64,000 nucleotides of DNA, taken from NCBI GenBank assembly GCA_037968995.1, contig JBBKWP010000363.1, positions 5,219 through 69,218 on the forward strand, given 5' to 3'. Position numbers and translations under genes: made by a program. Position 1 is the stretch's first letter; the number at the start of each line of letters is the position of its first letter. The stretch is from Candidatus Xenobia bacterium (lineage in GTDB: Bacteria > Vulcanimicrobiota > Xenobia > Xenobiales > JADMJV01). Of the stretch, positions 55,456-64,000 are shown in pieces. The notes beneath the pieces are model-generated. The model saw only the letters and a list, made by a program, of their open reading frames with translations, ran no database searches and was not told where the DNA came from.

Positions 55456-56811
55456 CTAATGCTCGACGTTCCCCTTATTACGACGAAAAATAGCTGGCTC
55501 TAGTTCAATGTCCTTTAAGGCGCTGCCGAAAGTAATCTCTTCCTTCAGAGCGCCCAAGCTGAAGCCGCTGTCGTCATCGTCGAGCGGAGCGGGAGAACTC
55601 GATTGGAAGCCAGTCGCGACTACAGTGATGCGAATCTCCCCTTCCATCCGTTCGTCAGTGACCGACCCGAAGATGATCTGTGCTTCAGGATCGACGGCCT
55701 CAGAAATGATTCTGGCCGCCTCGTGGAGTTCGATCAGCGTCATATCGTTGCCACCGGTGATGTTGAAGAGAACTCCTGTCGCTCCATCGATGGAAGCTTC
55801 CAAGAGCGGCGAGCTGATAGCGGCCCTGGCGGCTTCCACTGCTCGGTTTTCACCGGAAGCGATTCCGATGCCCAGCAGAGCCGACCCGGCATCAGCCATA
55901 ATCGTTTGCACATCCGCGAAGTCGACGTTGATGCGGCCCGGGACCGTTATGATCTCGGAGATTCCCTGAACTCCGTTGCGCAAGACGTCATCAGCCAATC
56001 GGAAAGCCTCGGAGATATTCTCTTTTTCCGACACGATCTTCAAAAGACGATCGTTGGGTATGGTGATGATCGTATCGACACGACTTTTCAGTTCTTCTAT
56101 GCCTTGTTCGGCCATCTGCATGCGTCGTTGGCCCTCGAAGGAAAAAGGTTTGGTGACAACAGCCACGGTCAGAGCGCCGGCTTTACGAGCCAGTTCGGCG
56201 ACCACAGGTGAGGCACCGGTTCCCGTTCCCCCACCCATTCCGGCCGTAATGAAGACCATGTCGGCCCCTTCGAGAGCTTTAAGCACTTCGTCGGCGTTCT
56301 CTTCCACGGCCTTGCGACCGATCTCGGGCGCTGACCCCGCGCCTAGGCCGCGGGTGACCTGGGAGCCGATGTGGATCCGTTGGTCCGCGTCACAAAGAAA
56401 GAGCGCTTGAGCATCAGTGTTGATCGCGATGAATTCCACACCGCCGAGCCCTTCTTGGATCATGCGGCTGACCGCGTTACATCCCGCTCCACCGACCCCG
56501 ATGACTTTGATGCCGGCGAAGTGTTCCAGTTGATGTCGCTGCTCCGACTGCGGCGAGGGCTTTACCGGTGTGGTCAGACCTTGAGCCACAACGCTGGGCT
56601 TCACGATCGGATCCGGAGCAGTGCTCTGGATTGGAGGAGCCACGGGCACGACAGGCCGCGGCCGCGACAGCGTCGGCTTCTGGGACAGGGTCGGCGTCGA
56701 CGCGGTTGGGGGAAGTGGCTCTAAAGAGGGTTCCAAACTCGGTTCGAGGGCCGGACTTTGCGAGGCCTCGTTTGTTTCGGCACCTTGGCTTGCTTCGTAA
56801 CTTTCTTCCAT
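55456..56811 (-). CDS. ftsZ: cell division protein FtsZ with ~97-aa Pro/Ser-rich N-terminal extension
   Basis: [21 protein letters not shown], tubulin signature [17 protein letters not shown]-terminal peptide [15 protein letters not shown] 56811 (MEESYEAS) is preceded by AAGGTG. The TTG at 56871 would abut the mrdA stop. Confidence 0.92.
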   Translation of the reverse strand: MEESYEASQGAETNEASQSPALEPSLEPSLEPLPPTASTPTLSQKPTLSRPRPVVPVAPPIQSTAPDPIVKPSVVAQGLTTPVKPSPQSEQRHQLEHFAGIKVIGVGGAGCNAVSRMIQEGLGGVEFIAINTDAQALFLCDADQRIHIGSQVTRGLGAGSAPEIGRKAVEENADEVLKALEGADMVFITAGMGGGTGTGASPVVAELARKAGALTVAVVTKPFSFEGQRRMQMAEQGIEELKSRVDTIITIPNDRLLKIVSEKENISEAFRLADDVLRNGVQGISEIITVPGRINVDFADVQTIMADAGSALLGIGIASGENRAVEAARAAISSPLLEASIDGATGVLFNITGGNDMTLIELHEAARIISEAVDPEAQIIFGSVTDERMEGEIRITVVATGFQSSSPAPLDDDDSGFSLGALKEEITFGSALKDIELEPAIFRRNKGNVEH

Positions 56812-56871
56812 CTCACACCTTTTCTTGACCGGTCCCACCAGCATTGGTAAAACACTTGGATCTGAGCCCAA

Positions 56872-58626
56872 TTACCGAGAAGAGACCCCAGAATCCTTCT
56901 TACTTTGAGTTTTCTTCCAAGCTTTGAACATTTCTTCCACCACCGGGGCGGCCACCTCTCCCCCGTAGCCGCCAGAACCTTCGAAAAAGGCGAGCCCCAC
57001 GACTTCGGGTTTGGTGGCCGGGGCCCATCCGACGAACCAAGTGTGGTTGAGGCCCAAAGGGTTGTCCACCGTCGTTGGAGCCTCAGCCGTTCCGGTCTTA
57101 CCCGCGACGTCTAAGTCCGGGACATAGACGTTGGCGGCGGTTCCATATAGGGTCGCGCCAAGGGTTCCCCGCCAAAGTGGCGCGAGCGCCTTTTCATTAG
57201 CCCACGCGGTTTTCACTAGATGGGGTTTCGATCGCACTATATGTGGGGTGACATCCGTCCCGGTCAGGAGACGGGCGGTTGCTGTGAGAAGTTGTATCGG
57301 GGTCACCAGAAGAAAGCCCTGACCGATTCCTAAATTGGCGGAGTCACCCGCATACCACGGTCGGCTATGATGTTTTCGAACATAAGCGGGGTCCGGCAAC
57401 AGGCCAGGGTTTTCCCCTGGAAGATCGATCCCCGTTTTCCCACCAAAACCCAAGTCCTGGGCGGTGGCCAACAGTTCTTCGACCGGCATCCTGGTGGCAA
57501 GATCGTAGAAAACCGTGTCGCAAGAAACAGCAATGGCCTCCTCGAAAGTCAGAAAGCCATGGCCGCTTGTGTTGAAACAGTGAAAAACCGTTTGGCCGAT
57601 CGTCTTGCTTCCGGTGCAGTAGAAGCGTTCGTCGGCCCAAGTGGGATGTTTGCGGAGGACGGCCGCGGCGGTGACGAGTTTAAAGGTCGACGCTGGCGGA
57701 TATAGACCGGCGATGGCTCGATTGACCAGCGGAGCGACGGGATCGTTGAGGAGTTGATCGACCTTCTTGTCTCCGGTCAGAAACAGTCGCGGGGAGAACT
57801 GAGGCCGACACGCCAGGCTGAGGATCTCCCCTGTTGATACGTCCATCAGGATGGCAACGGCCGGGGCCTTGGCTCTTCGGTTGGGACGCTCGACCAAGGA
57901 TTGAAGGACGCTGTCGATTTTGCTCTCTGCCGCTTTCTGGATCTCAAGGTCTAAGCACGTGACCAAGTCTTTCCCGTCCTGCGCCTCGAACTCTTTGATC
58001 AAACCCAGCGGGACCCCGGTAGCGGAGAGGAGCATGGTCCGGATCCCCTCGATCCCGCGGAGTTGGGAATCGTAGAATGCCTCGAGCCCGTCCACTCCTT
58101 TCGTCGTCACTCGCTCGCCGACGGAACCTTCGATAGCTTCTTCGCGGACGTAGCCAAGAAGATGACAGGCTAACTGGTCGTGGGGATAGGCGCGAGTGGA
58201 AATCTCCTGAATTTCGAGTGCCGAACTTCGACTCACCAAGTCTGAACCGGCGGCCAGCGCCGCGTACTCCAAGGGGACAGACTGACCCTTGAGGAGCTTC
58301 TCAGTGCGCTCCTTGCCGAACAATTTCGCAAGGGCGGTCTGCAGTCCCGGTTCAGGAACGCCGTAGCGCTTGAGGCGCAAGAGAAATCTAGGAACGTGGT
58401 CTACAAGGACCCGTCCCGTGCGGTCCAGGATGCGACCCCGTTCCGGCGGTTCAAGAAGGTTAGTGGTCTGTTGCTCACGGGCGCGTTGCGACCATCGCGT
58501 CGGCCCTCCCATTTGCAACCAAAGGATTTTACCCAGTACCAAAAGCGTGGTCACCATAAGCAGACAGACGACGAGCGCGAAGCGCCGGCTAGAATATCCA
58601 TGAAGATAGAGATCCGCACCCGTCAT
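56872..58626 (-). CDS. mrdA: penicillin-binding protein 2 (elongasome transpeptidase)
   Basis: TM ALVVCLLMVTTLLVLG, SxxK (ASTFK), SxD/N (SCD), KTGT. ATG 58626 overlaps the mreD stop (ATGA). Confidence 0.88.
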   Translation of the reverse strand: MTGADLYLHGYSSRRFALVVCLLMVTTLLVLGKILWLQMGGPTRWSQRAREQQTTNLLEPPERGRILDRTGRVLVDHVPRFLLRLKRYGVPEPGLQTALAKLFGKERTEKLLKGQSVPLEYAALAAGSDLVSRSSALEIQEISTRAYPHDQLACHLLGYVREEAIEGSVGERVTTKGVDGLEAFYDSQLRGIEGIRTMLLSATGVPLGLIKEFEAQDGKDLVTCLDLEIQKAAESKIDSVLQSLVERPNRRAKAPAVAILMDVSTGEILSLACRPQFSPRLFLTGDKKVDQLLNDPVAPLVNRAIAGLYPPASTFKLVTAAAVLRKHPTWADERFYCTGSKTIGQTVFHCFNTSGHGFLTFEEAIAVSCDTVFYDLATRMPVEELLATAQDLGFGGKTGIDLPGENPGLLPDPAYVRKHHSRPWYAGDSANLGIGQGFLLVTPIQLLTATARLLTGTDVTPHIVRSKPHLVKTAWANEKALAPLWRGTLGATLYGTAANVYVPDLDVAGKTGTAEAPTTVDNPLGLNHTWFVGWAPATKPEVVGLAFFEGSGGYGGEVAAPVVEEMFKAWKKTQSKKDSGVSSR

Positions 58627-59135
58627 CGTGGGTCCCTCCTCGGCCCCAAAAGGCTGCGAAACAGCAAAAGAAAAAGTATGTTGGGCCAAGCTTCGGCCAG
58701 AAGGGATCCGGCCAAAGTGGTTCCCGAGATCGTGAGACTCACAGGGACTCCCGAAAAACTCATCATCAGGAGCTTACCGGTGCATCGGCTGATCGTGATC
58801 AAGACTGACGAATAGACGAGGAAGGCCGGACCGGAAAGCCGTTCGGAACTATCAGATTGACTTCCCAGCGCCTGCACAGCAAGCCACGCGGGCCAGCCGA
58901 TCAGGAAACTCCAGACCGGCGCGACGCCTGACAGCAGCGACCCGCTTACCAGCGTCAAAGCCCATACTCCAAGGCCGTATCGCGCGGGTAAACCGAGGCG
59001 GTACAACATCAGGGCTAAGCAAAGACCGACGTCGCCTGCCGGACCCGAGAGGCTACCGAGGCGGGCCCATCCCCGCCACCACTGCCACAGGAACGCCAGC
59101 GCGAGGCTTAGAATTGTTCGGGTGGTCAACGCCAC
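58623..59135 (-). CDS. mreD: rod shape-determining protein MreD
   Basis: 170-aa polytopic hydrophobic protein between mreC and mrdA. GTG 59135, or TTG 59129 (TTGA overlap with the mreC stop). Called mainly by size, topology and synteny. Confidence 0.7.
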   Translation of the reverse strand: MALTTRTILSLALAFLWQWWRGWARLGSLSGPAGDVGLCLALMLYRLGLPARYGLGVWALTLVSGSLLSGVAPVWSFLIGWPAWLAVQALGSQSDSSERLSGPAFLVYSSVLITISRCTGKLLMMSFSGVPVSLTISGTTLAGSLLAEAWPNILFLLLFRSLLGPRRDPR

Positions 59136-59854
59136 CAGATGAGGACCTCGGCGGGGGTCGACGGCAAAGCCGTGAAAGTTGCGAACTGGCGGTCCTTGTC
59201 AACCGTCCCGACCTGCAGCCCTTTGCTGTAGAGATGACCTAGTCCTGAGGTTCGCACTCCGTCCGACTCTACGATCTGGTCCTCGGCTCCGCTCGTTACC
59301 GGTCGGAGCGACAATGCGGGTCCGCCACGACCTTCCAACAGGAACGGAGATTGGCGGTCGCCTACTACCACGGAGAGCTGCGTCTCTGGCGAGCTCAGTA
59401 GGCGGACGCGCCCGCGGAAAAAACGTTCGTCTCCGGATTGGACCAACACGATGTCGGCATTGTCGAGACTGCCGATCACGCCTTGGGGCGTAAGAACCAT
59501 CGCGGTCTCTTTGGGCGGATTGGCTTCAGGTGAGTCAAATTCCACAGTCAGAAAGCTCCACCAGGAATCCGGGTCGCGTCGAGTAACGCGTGCCGCTACA
59601 ACCTGACCAGAGAGCCTTGACCGCAAAGAGAGAAGCTGGTGAAGCGAGGCGTTCTCCTCCCGGATCGAAGACGACACAGGATAGGTTCGCGCTGAGGGGG
59701 GTGTGTGAAAACGACCTCCCGCCAAACTGTAGAGAGCGCGATCGGCGAGGGCAAAGAGTGACGTCTCAGGACTGTTTGCCAAAAACGGCCACGAGAAAAC
59801 CAGCAAAACTAGCAACGTCAGAAGTGCTCCGAGTAACTCGTTCTTCAGCTTCAT
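59126..59854 (-). CDS. mreC: rod shape-determining protein MreC
   Basis: N-terminal TM (LLGALLTLLVLLVF), coiled segment, beta-barrel region with VGSLDNADIVLV..., and the C-terminal SDGVRTSGLGHLYSKGLQVGTV motif. ATG 59854 shares 1 nt with the upstream stop. Confidence 0.82.
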   Translation of the reverse strand: MKLKNELLGALLTLLVLLVFSWPFLANSPETSLFALADRALYSLAGGRFHTPPSARTYPVSSSIREENASLHQLLSLRSRLSGQVVAARVTRRDPDSWWSFLTVEFDSPEANPPKETAMVLTPQGVIGSLDNADIVLVQSGDERFFRGRVRLLSSPETQLSVVVGDRQSPFLLEGRGGPALSLRPVTSGAEDQIVESDGVRTSGLGHLYSKGLQVGTVDKDRQFATFTALPSTPAEVLIWWR

Positions 59855-60825
59855 CAAGCGACGGACCGGTTCATCCAGTTCCTGGTAAGGAGCACAGTCA
59901 GTGGCCCCCGAGGGATAAGCGTGCATCCCGGAAATCCTAGGATGGAGCTCACGGGATCCGTTGAAACGTCCTGAGGCCCGTCACCTAACAGGTCGGACCA
60001 GCTTTCTTGGATTCTTCGCCATTCGTACAAAAAGGGCGGGTCTGTGCTCAAGAACTGTTTCCAGGAAAATCGACAGCGTGTAGGCAGGCCGGAGAGTGTA
60101 TGCCGACCGGCGACTGCGACCTCGAGGGGGTCAGACTTGCGGTCCTCCTCCAGGTCCTTGGAATTCTCCAAGAGTTCTGCAAGAGATCGTGAACTAAGGT
60201 CTACAAGGCATTGCGTTCGAAGGTGGTCTTTGATCTGTCGGGCGACTTGAGCGTACGAGAGCCGCAAATCCGTGCCCTCCGAAACGACGCCGGCACCCCT
60301 TAAGAGGGTCCATTGGGTTTGTGTGGGCTGCAGATCTACCAAGAGATGGAGAGCTTGGCAGCCAGCCTTGAGACCACCGCAGGCTTTGACGAGCTCGCGC
60401 TGCCAAGACTTTAGCGTGCCCACAGAAGAAAACGGGGAGTCCTCGAGGGCTTCGTTCCACAAATCCCGAACCCAAGGCCCGGCAACGGAGGCTGGCAGGT
60501 AGAGTCGGCAAGGTTTAAAGTTGGGCAGATACTTCTGATGGAATAGGCGAAGGAACTGACTTACTTGGGCTGCGTCCACCGGTCGTTCATCGTGGAACAC
60601 CGCCAGTGGCTTAGTCCGCGCCCCTCGCGGGACCCAGTCTTGAGCTCGAGCGCCCCAATGACTCAATTGGCCGTTGCTTGTAAAACGCAGGTAGGCGGGC
60701 TCGCTGTGCAGGAGAAACCTGCGCTCGTCCTTGGACCACAGCCACAGGCTGAACCGGTCGCCCGTCGTTTCCGCTATTGCGTAATCGGTTCCCGTTGGCC
60801 ACCAGTCTGGACTAGGGTGTGTCAC
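59854..60825 (-). CDS. highly divergent MreB-like (actin-fold) protein with degenerate nucleotide-binding motifs
   Basis: It occupies the mreB slot of maf-mreB-mreC-mreD-mrdA. By-eye collinear alignment to MreB follows. [17 protein letters not shown]...SEPAYLRF matches DLSIDLGTANTLIYV...[50 protein letters not shown] matches [65 protein letters not shown] matches [31 protein letters not shown] matches DPLTCVA. GTG 60825 overlaps the maf stop (GTGA). Confidence 0.6.
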   Translation of the reverse strand: [323 protein letters not shown]

Positions 60826-61442
60826 TTGCCAAATTCCCAAGGGAATCCGGCTTGCGCCAGCAGTACACGCAGATCCCGCAGAGGGAGTCCAACCACATTG
60901 TAGTAGCAGCCCTCGACGCCTTTGATCAAGGTAGCCCCTGGGCCTTGAATTCCGTAGCCGCCAGCTTTATCGAAGGGGTCTCCTGTCTCGACGTAGCTAG
61001 CTATCAAGCTTTCGCTCAGCTCATCGAAGTCCACCCACGTTCGACGCCAGACCTCATGAACTGTATCGCCGTGAAAAAGCCAGAGAGCCGTCACTACGCC
61101 GTGACGTCGACCCGACAGGGTGCGAAGAAATTCGAAGGCCTGCTCTGAATCGGAAGGCTTATCAAAGAGCCGAGCCCCGAGGTGGACCACCGTGTCCGCG
61201 GCCAAAACCGACGGGGATACTTGGCCCTCGACCTCGAGAAGGTCACGAAGGATGGCTTCTCCTTTAGCGCGAGCACGCCCAGCGGCGACCAACTCAGCCT
61301 CCCCTCCTCGACCCACACCGGCGATGGATTCTTCTACGCTGTCGGGTGCTGGGCGGGCGAAAAATGGGACACCTAGCTCTTCCAGGAGGCGCCGTCGCCG
61401 TGGAGAATGGGAGGCCAAACATAAGAGATTGTGGCTTGTCAT
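60822..61442 (-). CDS. maf: Maf-family nucleoside triphosphate pyrophosphatase
   Basis: LASHSPRRRRLLEELGVPF, ADTVV and DKAGGYGIQG. Confidence 0.9.
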   Translation of the reverse strand: MTSHNLLCLASHSPRRRRLLEELGVPFFARPAPDSVEESIAGVGRGGEAELVAAGRARAKGEAILRDLLEVEGQVSPSVLAADTVVHLGARLFDKPSDSEQAFEFLRTLSGRRHGVVTALWLFHGDTVHEVWRRTWVDFDELSESLIASYVETGDPFDKAGGYGIQGPGATLIKGVEGCYYNVVGLPLRDLRVLLAQAGFPWEFGK

Positions 61443-61519
61443 TAGCGAGGAGTTTAACCCGCCTCTCTGTGACCGGTCAAGGAGAGAGAAGTTTGAAGGA
61501 TTGCCCTGATCTCGCCGCG

Positions 61520-61822
61520 ATGAGCACCGCGGAACGAGCCGATTTTTGGTCCCAAACGGACCCCCGCGAGCTGCGCCGCCTCGGCGATCGCCTGCTCGCC
61601 GAGTGCCTACCTATTTACGAGCGTACCGTAACGCGAGAACTGTTGAGCGAGCAAATCGTCCGCGGTCGCGAAGAGGCTGGATGGACTCGTGCTGAGGTTG
61701 CCGATTTCCTCGGCGTGACCGAGAGTCTCGTGCAAGCCTGGGAAGAAGACGAGGTCAGCCCGCCGGACTCCCTACCGCTCATCTTAGCCCGACTTTCCAT
61801 CCTGGTGACTCAAGGGGAATGA
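61520..61822 (+). CDS. XRE-family helix-turn-helix protein
   Basis: HTH segment GWTRAEVADFLGVTESLVQAWEEDEVSP. ATG 61520 preferred because the track start 61346 overlaps maf. The stop overlaps the lgt ATG (ATGA). Confidence 0.6.
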   Translation: MSTAERADFWSQTDPRELRRLGDRLLAECLPIYERTVTRELLSEQIVRGREEAGWTRAEVADFLGVTESLVQAWEEDEVSPPDSLPLILARLSILVTQGE

Positions 61823-62613
61823 CCTTCCTATTGGCTGGCGTGTGGGCAGTCATTCCTTTCACTCCGCCCGGCCACTTGCAGCTTTTCGGTCCCTTCGCTC
61901 TATCTGCCCACGGAGTCGCGTTTTTGGCGGCGGCGCTGATCAGTCTGTTTCTTACGAAGAAGAGACTTCCACGGAACTATCATAGAGCCCTAGAAGATGT
62001 CGTTCCCCTCATGCTTCTGGGAGCCGTGATTGGAGCGCGAGGACTCTATTACTTGGAGTACCCTGAGTTGTGGAGCCGTCCCTGGGGGATTCTGGCGTTT
62101 TGGGAAGGCGGCTTGGTCTCGTACGGGGGCATGTTGGGAGCGGTCGTTGCGTTCGTTCTCTATCTTCGTCGCAAACGTCTTCCTGTTGCGTTGTACTGTG
62201 ACGCTCTCGCCCCTACCGCGTTGATCGGATGGGGCGTGGGACGGATCGGCTGCTTTTTGAGTTGGTACGGTGAATACGGGAGTCCGTCGAACCTACCATG
62301 GGCCTTCGAAGTTGATGGGGTGGCACGCCATCCCGTGGCACTCTATCTGACCGTATGTCTGGTCACCGCTGGGGTCGTGCTGATGCGCGTCGAACGGCTC
62401 CGACCGTTTCGGGTCACTGGACTTTCTTTTATCGCTTATGGCTTGATCCGAGGCGTCTGCGATACTTGGAGGGTCTATAATCCCGAGTATTTTGTCTGGA
62501 CCTCGCGAGGCGCCTGTCTAGTGATCGTGCTACTGGGATGGAGCCTGCTGCGCCGTCCCACGGAGGCTCCGATAAGTTCCGGGGTCCATGAGGAAGAGTC
62601 AGACGGTGAGTAG
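61819..62613 (+). CDS. lgt: prolipoprotein diacylglyceryl transferase
   Basis: Polytopic. FWEGGLVSYGGMLGA and GWGVGRIGCFLSWYGEYG are family motifs. Confidence 0.88.
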   Translation: MTFLLAGVWAVIPFTPPGHLQLFGPFALSAHGVAFLAAALISLFLTKKRLPRNYHRALEDVVPLMLLGAVIGARGLYYLEYPELWSRPWGILAFWEGGLVSYGGMLGAVVAFVLYLRRKRLPVALYCDALAPTALIGWGVGRIGCFLSWYGEYGSPSNLPWAFEVDGVARHPVALYLTVCLVTAGVVLMRVERLRPFRVTGLSFIAYGLIRGVCDTWRVYNPEYFVWTSRGACLVIVLLGWSLLRRPTEAPISSGVHEEESDGE

Positions 62614-62642
62614 CGAAGGCACTGCAGTAGGAGAACGCCGCC

Positions 62643-63134
62643 TTGGATAAAGAAAAGATGGTCGAAGAGTTCGCCGCAATGCTGGCCGCCAAAGAAGCGA
62701 ACGAGTCCGGCGCGGAGGAGCCCGATTGGATTGAGGATTTCTCCGACCCTTTGGAAAACATGCCGGGGGGATTGGTTGATTCCTTCAATGAGTTCGACGA
62801 GGTGACTCTTGAGGATGGTCGCATCTTGCGACGCTATCATAGCGGAGCCGTGCGAGTTGAGAACCCGACCAGCGGAGTGATTCAAGAGGAGAAGGTGGAC
62901 GGGTCGCTTGTGATCTCGATGCCTGACGGGAAGGTGCTTCACCAGGAGTTTCGTGGCGAACCGCTGTTGCTCTACGACACAGAGAAAGGCGGACCACCGG
63001 GCCTGGCGAGAGTATCAACGGCTCAGTTGCCTGGGGAGAGTCAGCCAAGATTTGTTTTCCACTTTCAAGATGGAGAGATCGCTCACATGGTAGAGATCGA
63101 ATCTCTTCGCTATTACCGTTTGCGTAGAGAGTAG
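62643..63134 (+). CDS. hypothetical acidic protein
   Basis: TTG 62643 has AGGAG ~9 nt upstream. Alternative ATG 62658. No family recognised. Confidence 0.45.
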   Translation: MDKEKMVEEFAAMLAAKEANESGAEEPDWIEDFSDPLENMPGGLVDSFNEFDEVTLEDGRILRRYHSGAVRVENPTSGVIQEEKVDGSLVISMPDGKVLHQEFRGEPLLLYDTEKGGPPGLARVSTAQLPGESQPRFVFHFQDGEIAHMVEIESLRYYRLRRE

Positions 63135-63145
63135 GGGGAGATTCG

Positions 63146-63886
63146 ATGGACCAAGACGATAACGACGGGCAGGACGGTTCCTCCAACAAGATCTCCATTG
63201 GCGAGGCTCTGGCATCTATCCGAGGAGCCAAAAAAGTCGATCTTCCTCAAAAAGCTGGTTCATCGAAACCAAAGAAGCGTCAAGGGCGGCCCACGGCGGC
63301 TTTCTGGGTCCGCAACTTGCAGGAGAGCGTACAGCGTCGAGCAGATTTTCTATATGACAGCATTCGGGAGGATCCTGGAGCGAAGTCGGCTATGGGTCGT
63401 CGGGATTTCTACTCTTCTGAACGTTTCACCATTCCTCTCGACGCAGTGAGTGCTATCGTGGAGGTGACTCCGGGAGTGCCGCTCCCTCCGCCACGGCCGC
63501 TGTCGACTTTTTCCGATCTCACCGGGATCGACGTCGCCAACGTCTCTCCCGAAGCGGTGCCGCGGAGCGCCACAGTCCGTTCGCAGGCCCTAGTGGACGG
63601 CGAACTCGCGGGTCGAACCGAGCAGTTGCAAAAACTCGACCTCTCGGGTCACCTTCAAGACCCCGAACAACAGCGTCCGCCGCCGGGAGAAGAAATGCGG
63701 TTTGCTCCGTCTTCGAGTTTCGACTCCGGACGATGGATCATCGAGGAGATTCGTCAGGCCCCGAAAGCTCGTGCGAAGAACCTCAAAAGTAAACCCTCTC
63801 ATCAGGAAGATGTTCGAGCGCCGGGAAGACTAGTCATTCTGCGAATAAAAGGGTCCTCTACGCGGAGGCGGTTGGGGTTTCGGTGA
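63146..63886 (+). CDS. hypothetical protein (charged, Pro-rich, likely disordered segments)
   Basis: ATG 63146 is preceded by GGGGAG. No family recognised. Confidence 0.45.
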   Translation: MDQDDNDGQDGSSNKISIGEALASIRGAKKVDLPQKAGSSKPKKRQGRPTAAFWVRNLQESVQRRADFLYDSIREDPGAKSAMGRRDFYSSERFTIPLDAVSAIVEVTPGVPLPPPRPLSTFSDLTGIDVANVSPEAVPRSATVRSQALVDGELAGRTEQLQKLDLSGHLQDPEQQRPPPGEEMRFAPSSSFDSGRWIIEEIRQAPKARAKNLKSKPSHQEDVRAPGRLVILRIKGSSTRRRLGFR

Positions 63887-64000
63887 CATCGACCGGGTTG
63901 ACACTCGCCCAAAACCCAGTCCAACACAAGGCGGCCCCCCAGGCTTGGAGGCTCGAAAGAGCAGTAAAAAGATGGTGCATATGATGGGCCCATCGACTGT

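Overview
64-kb bacterial chromosomal window, moderately GC-rich by eye and densely coding. I support about 55 protein genes. I recognised no rRNA, tRNA, CRISPR array, transposase, integrase or prophage module. The supplied ORF track takes the longest ATG/GTG/TTG-initiated ORF, so many listed 5' ends are over-extended. I re-placed starts where family N-termini, SD-like motifs or 4-nt stop/start overlaps supported it. Layout: (1) nt 1-10.8 kb holds a partial vWA protein absent from the ORF track, a SAMHD1-like HD hydrolase, dcd, an isochorismatase-family hydrolase, pilT, a lipoprotein, rpe and two PASTA-only membrane proteins. (2) 11-31 kb holds a TPR protein, trkAH, an MFS transporter, a Ser/Thr kinase, pta, an NHL protein, a coupled TPR/Lon-like plus ClpN/AAA-like pair, a Dus enzyme, an orphan McrB-like GTPase, and ispG with a DsrE-like gene. 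(3) 31.1-38.4 kb is a plus-strand metabolic block: hppD, prs, pgi, ygfZ-like, thyA and a DAHP synthase. (4) 38.6-41.8 kb is the only stretch I cannot assign to any family: a 903-aa acidic protein with no Cys and no internal Met, carrying a 7x21-bp heptad array, plus a tightly coupled 162-aa ORF. (5) 41.9-61.4 kb is a roughly 20-kb minus-strand run with very short or overlapping junctions. It contains a kinase-TPR gene, a radical SAM gene, rho with a large charged insertion, two ABC export modules (one ATPase frameshifted), mpg, polX, and ftsZ-mrdA-mreD-mreC-(degenerate mreB-like)-maf. (6) The right end holds an HTH gene, lgt and two hypothetical genes. The best candidates for new biology are the 38.6-41.8 kb pair, the motif-degenerate MreB-like gene, the motif-degenerate Lon-like/Clp-like pair, and the McrC-less McrB-like gene. 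All homology calls come from motif recognition by eye on the translations; no searches were run.
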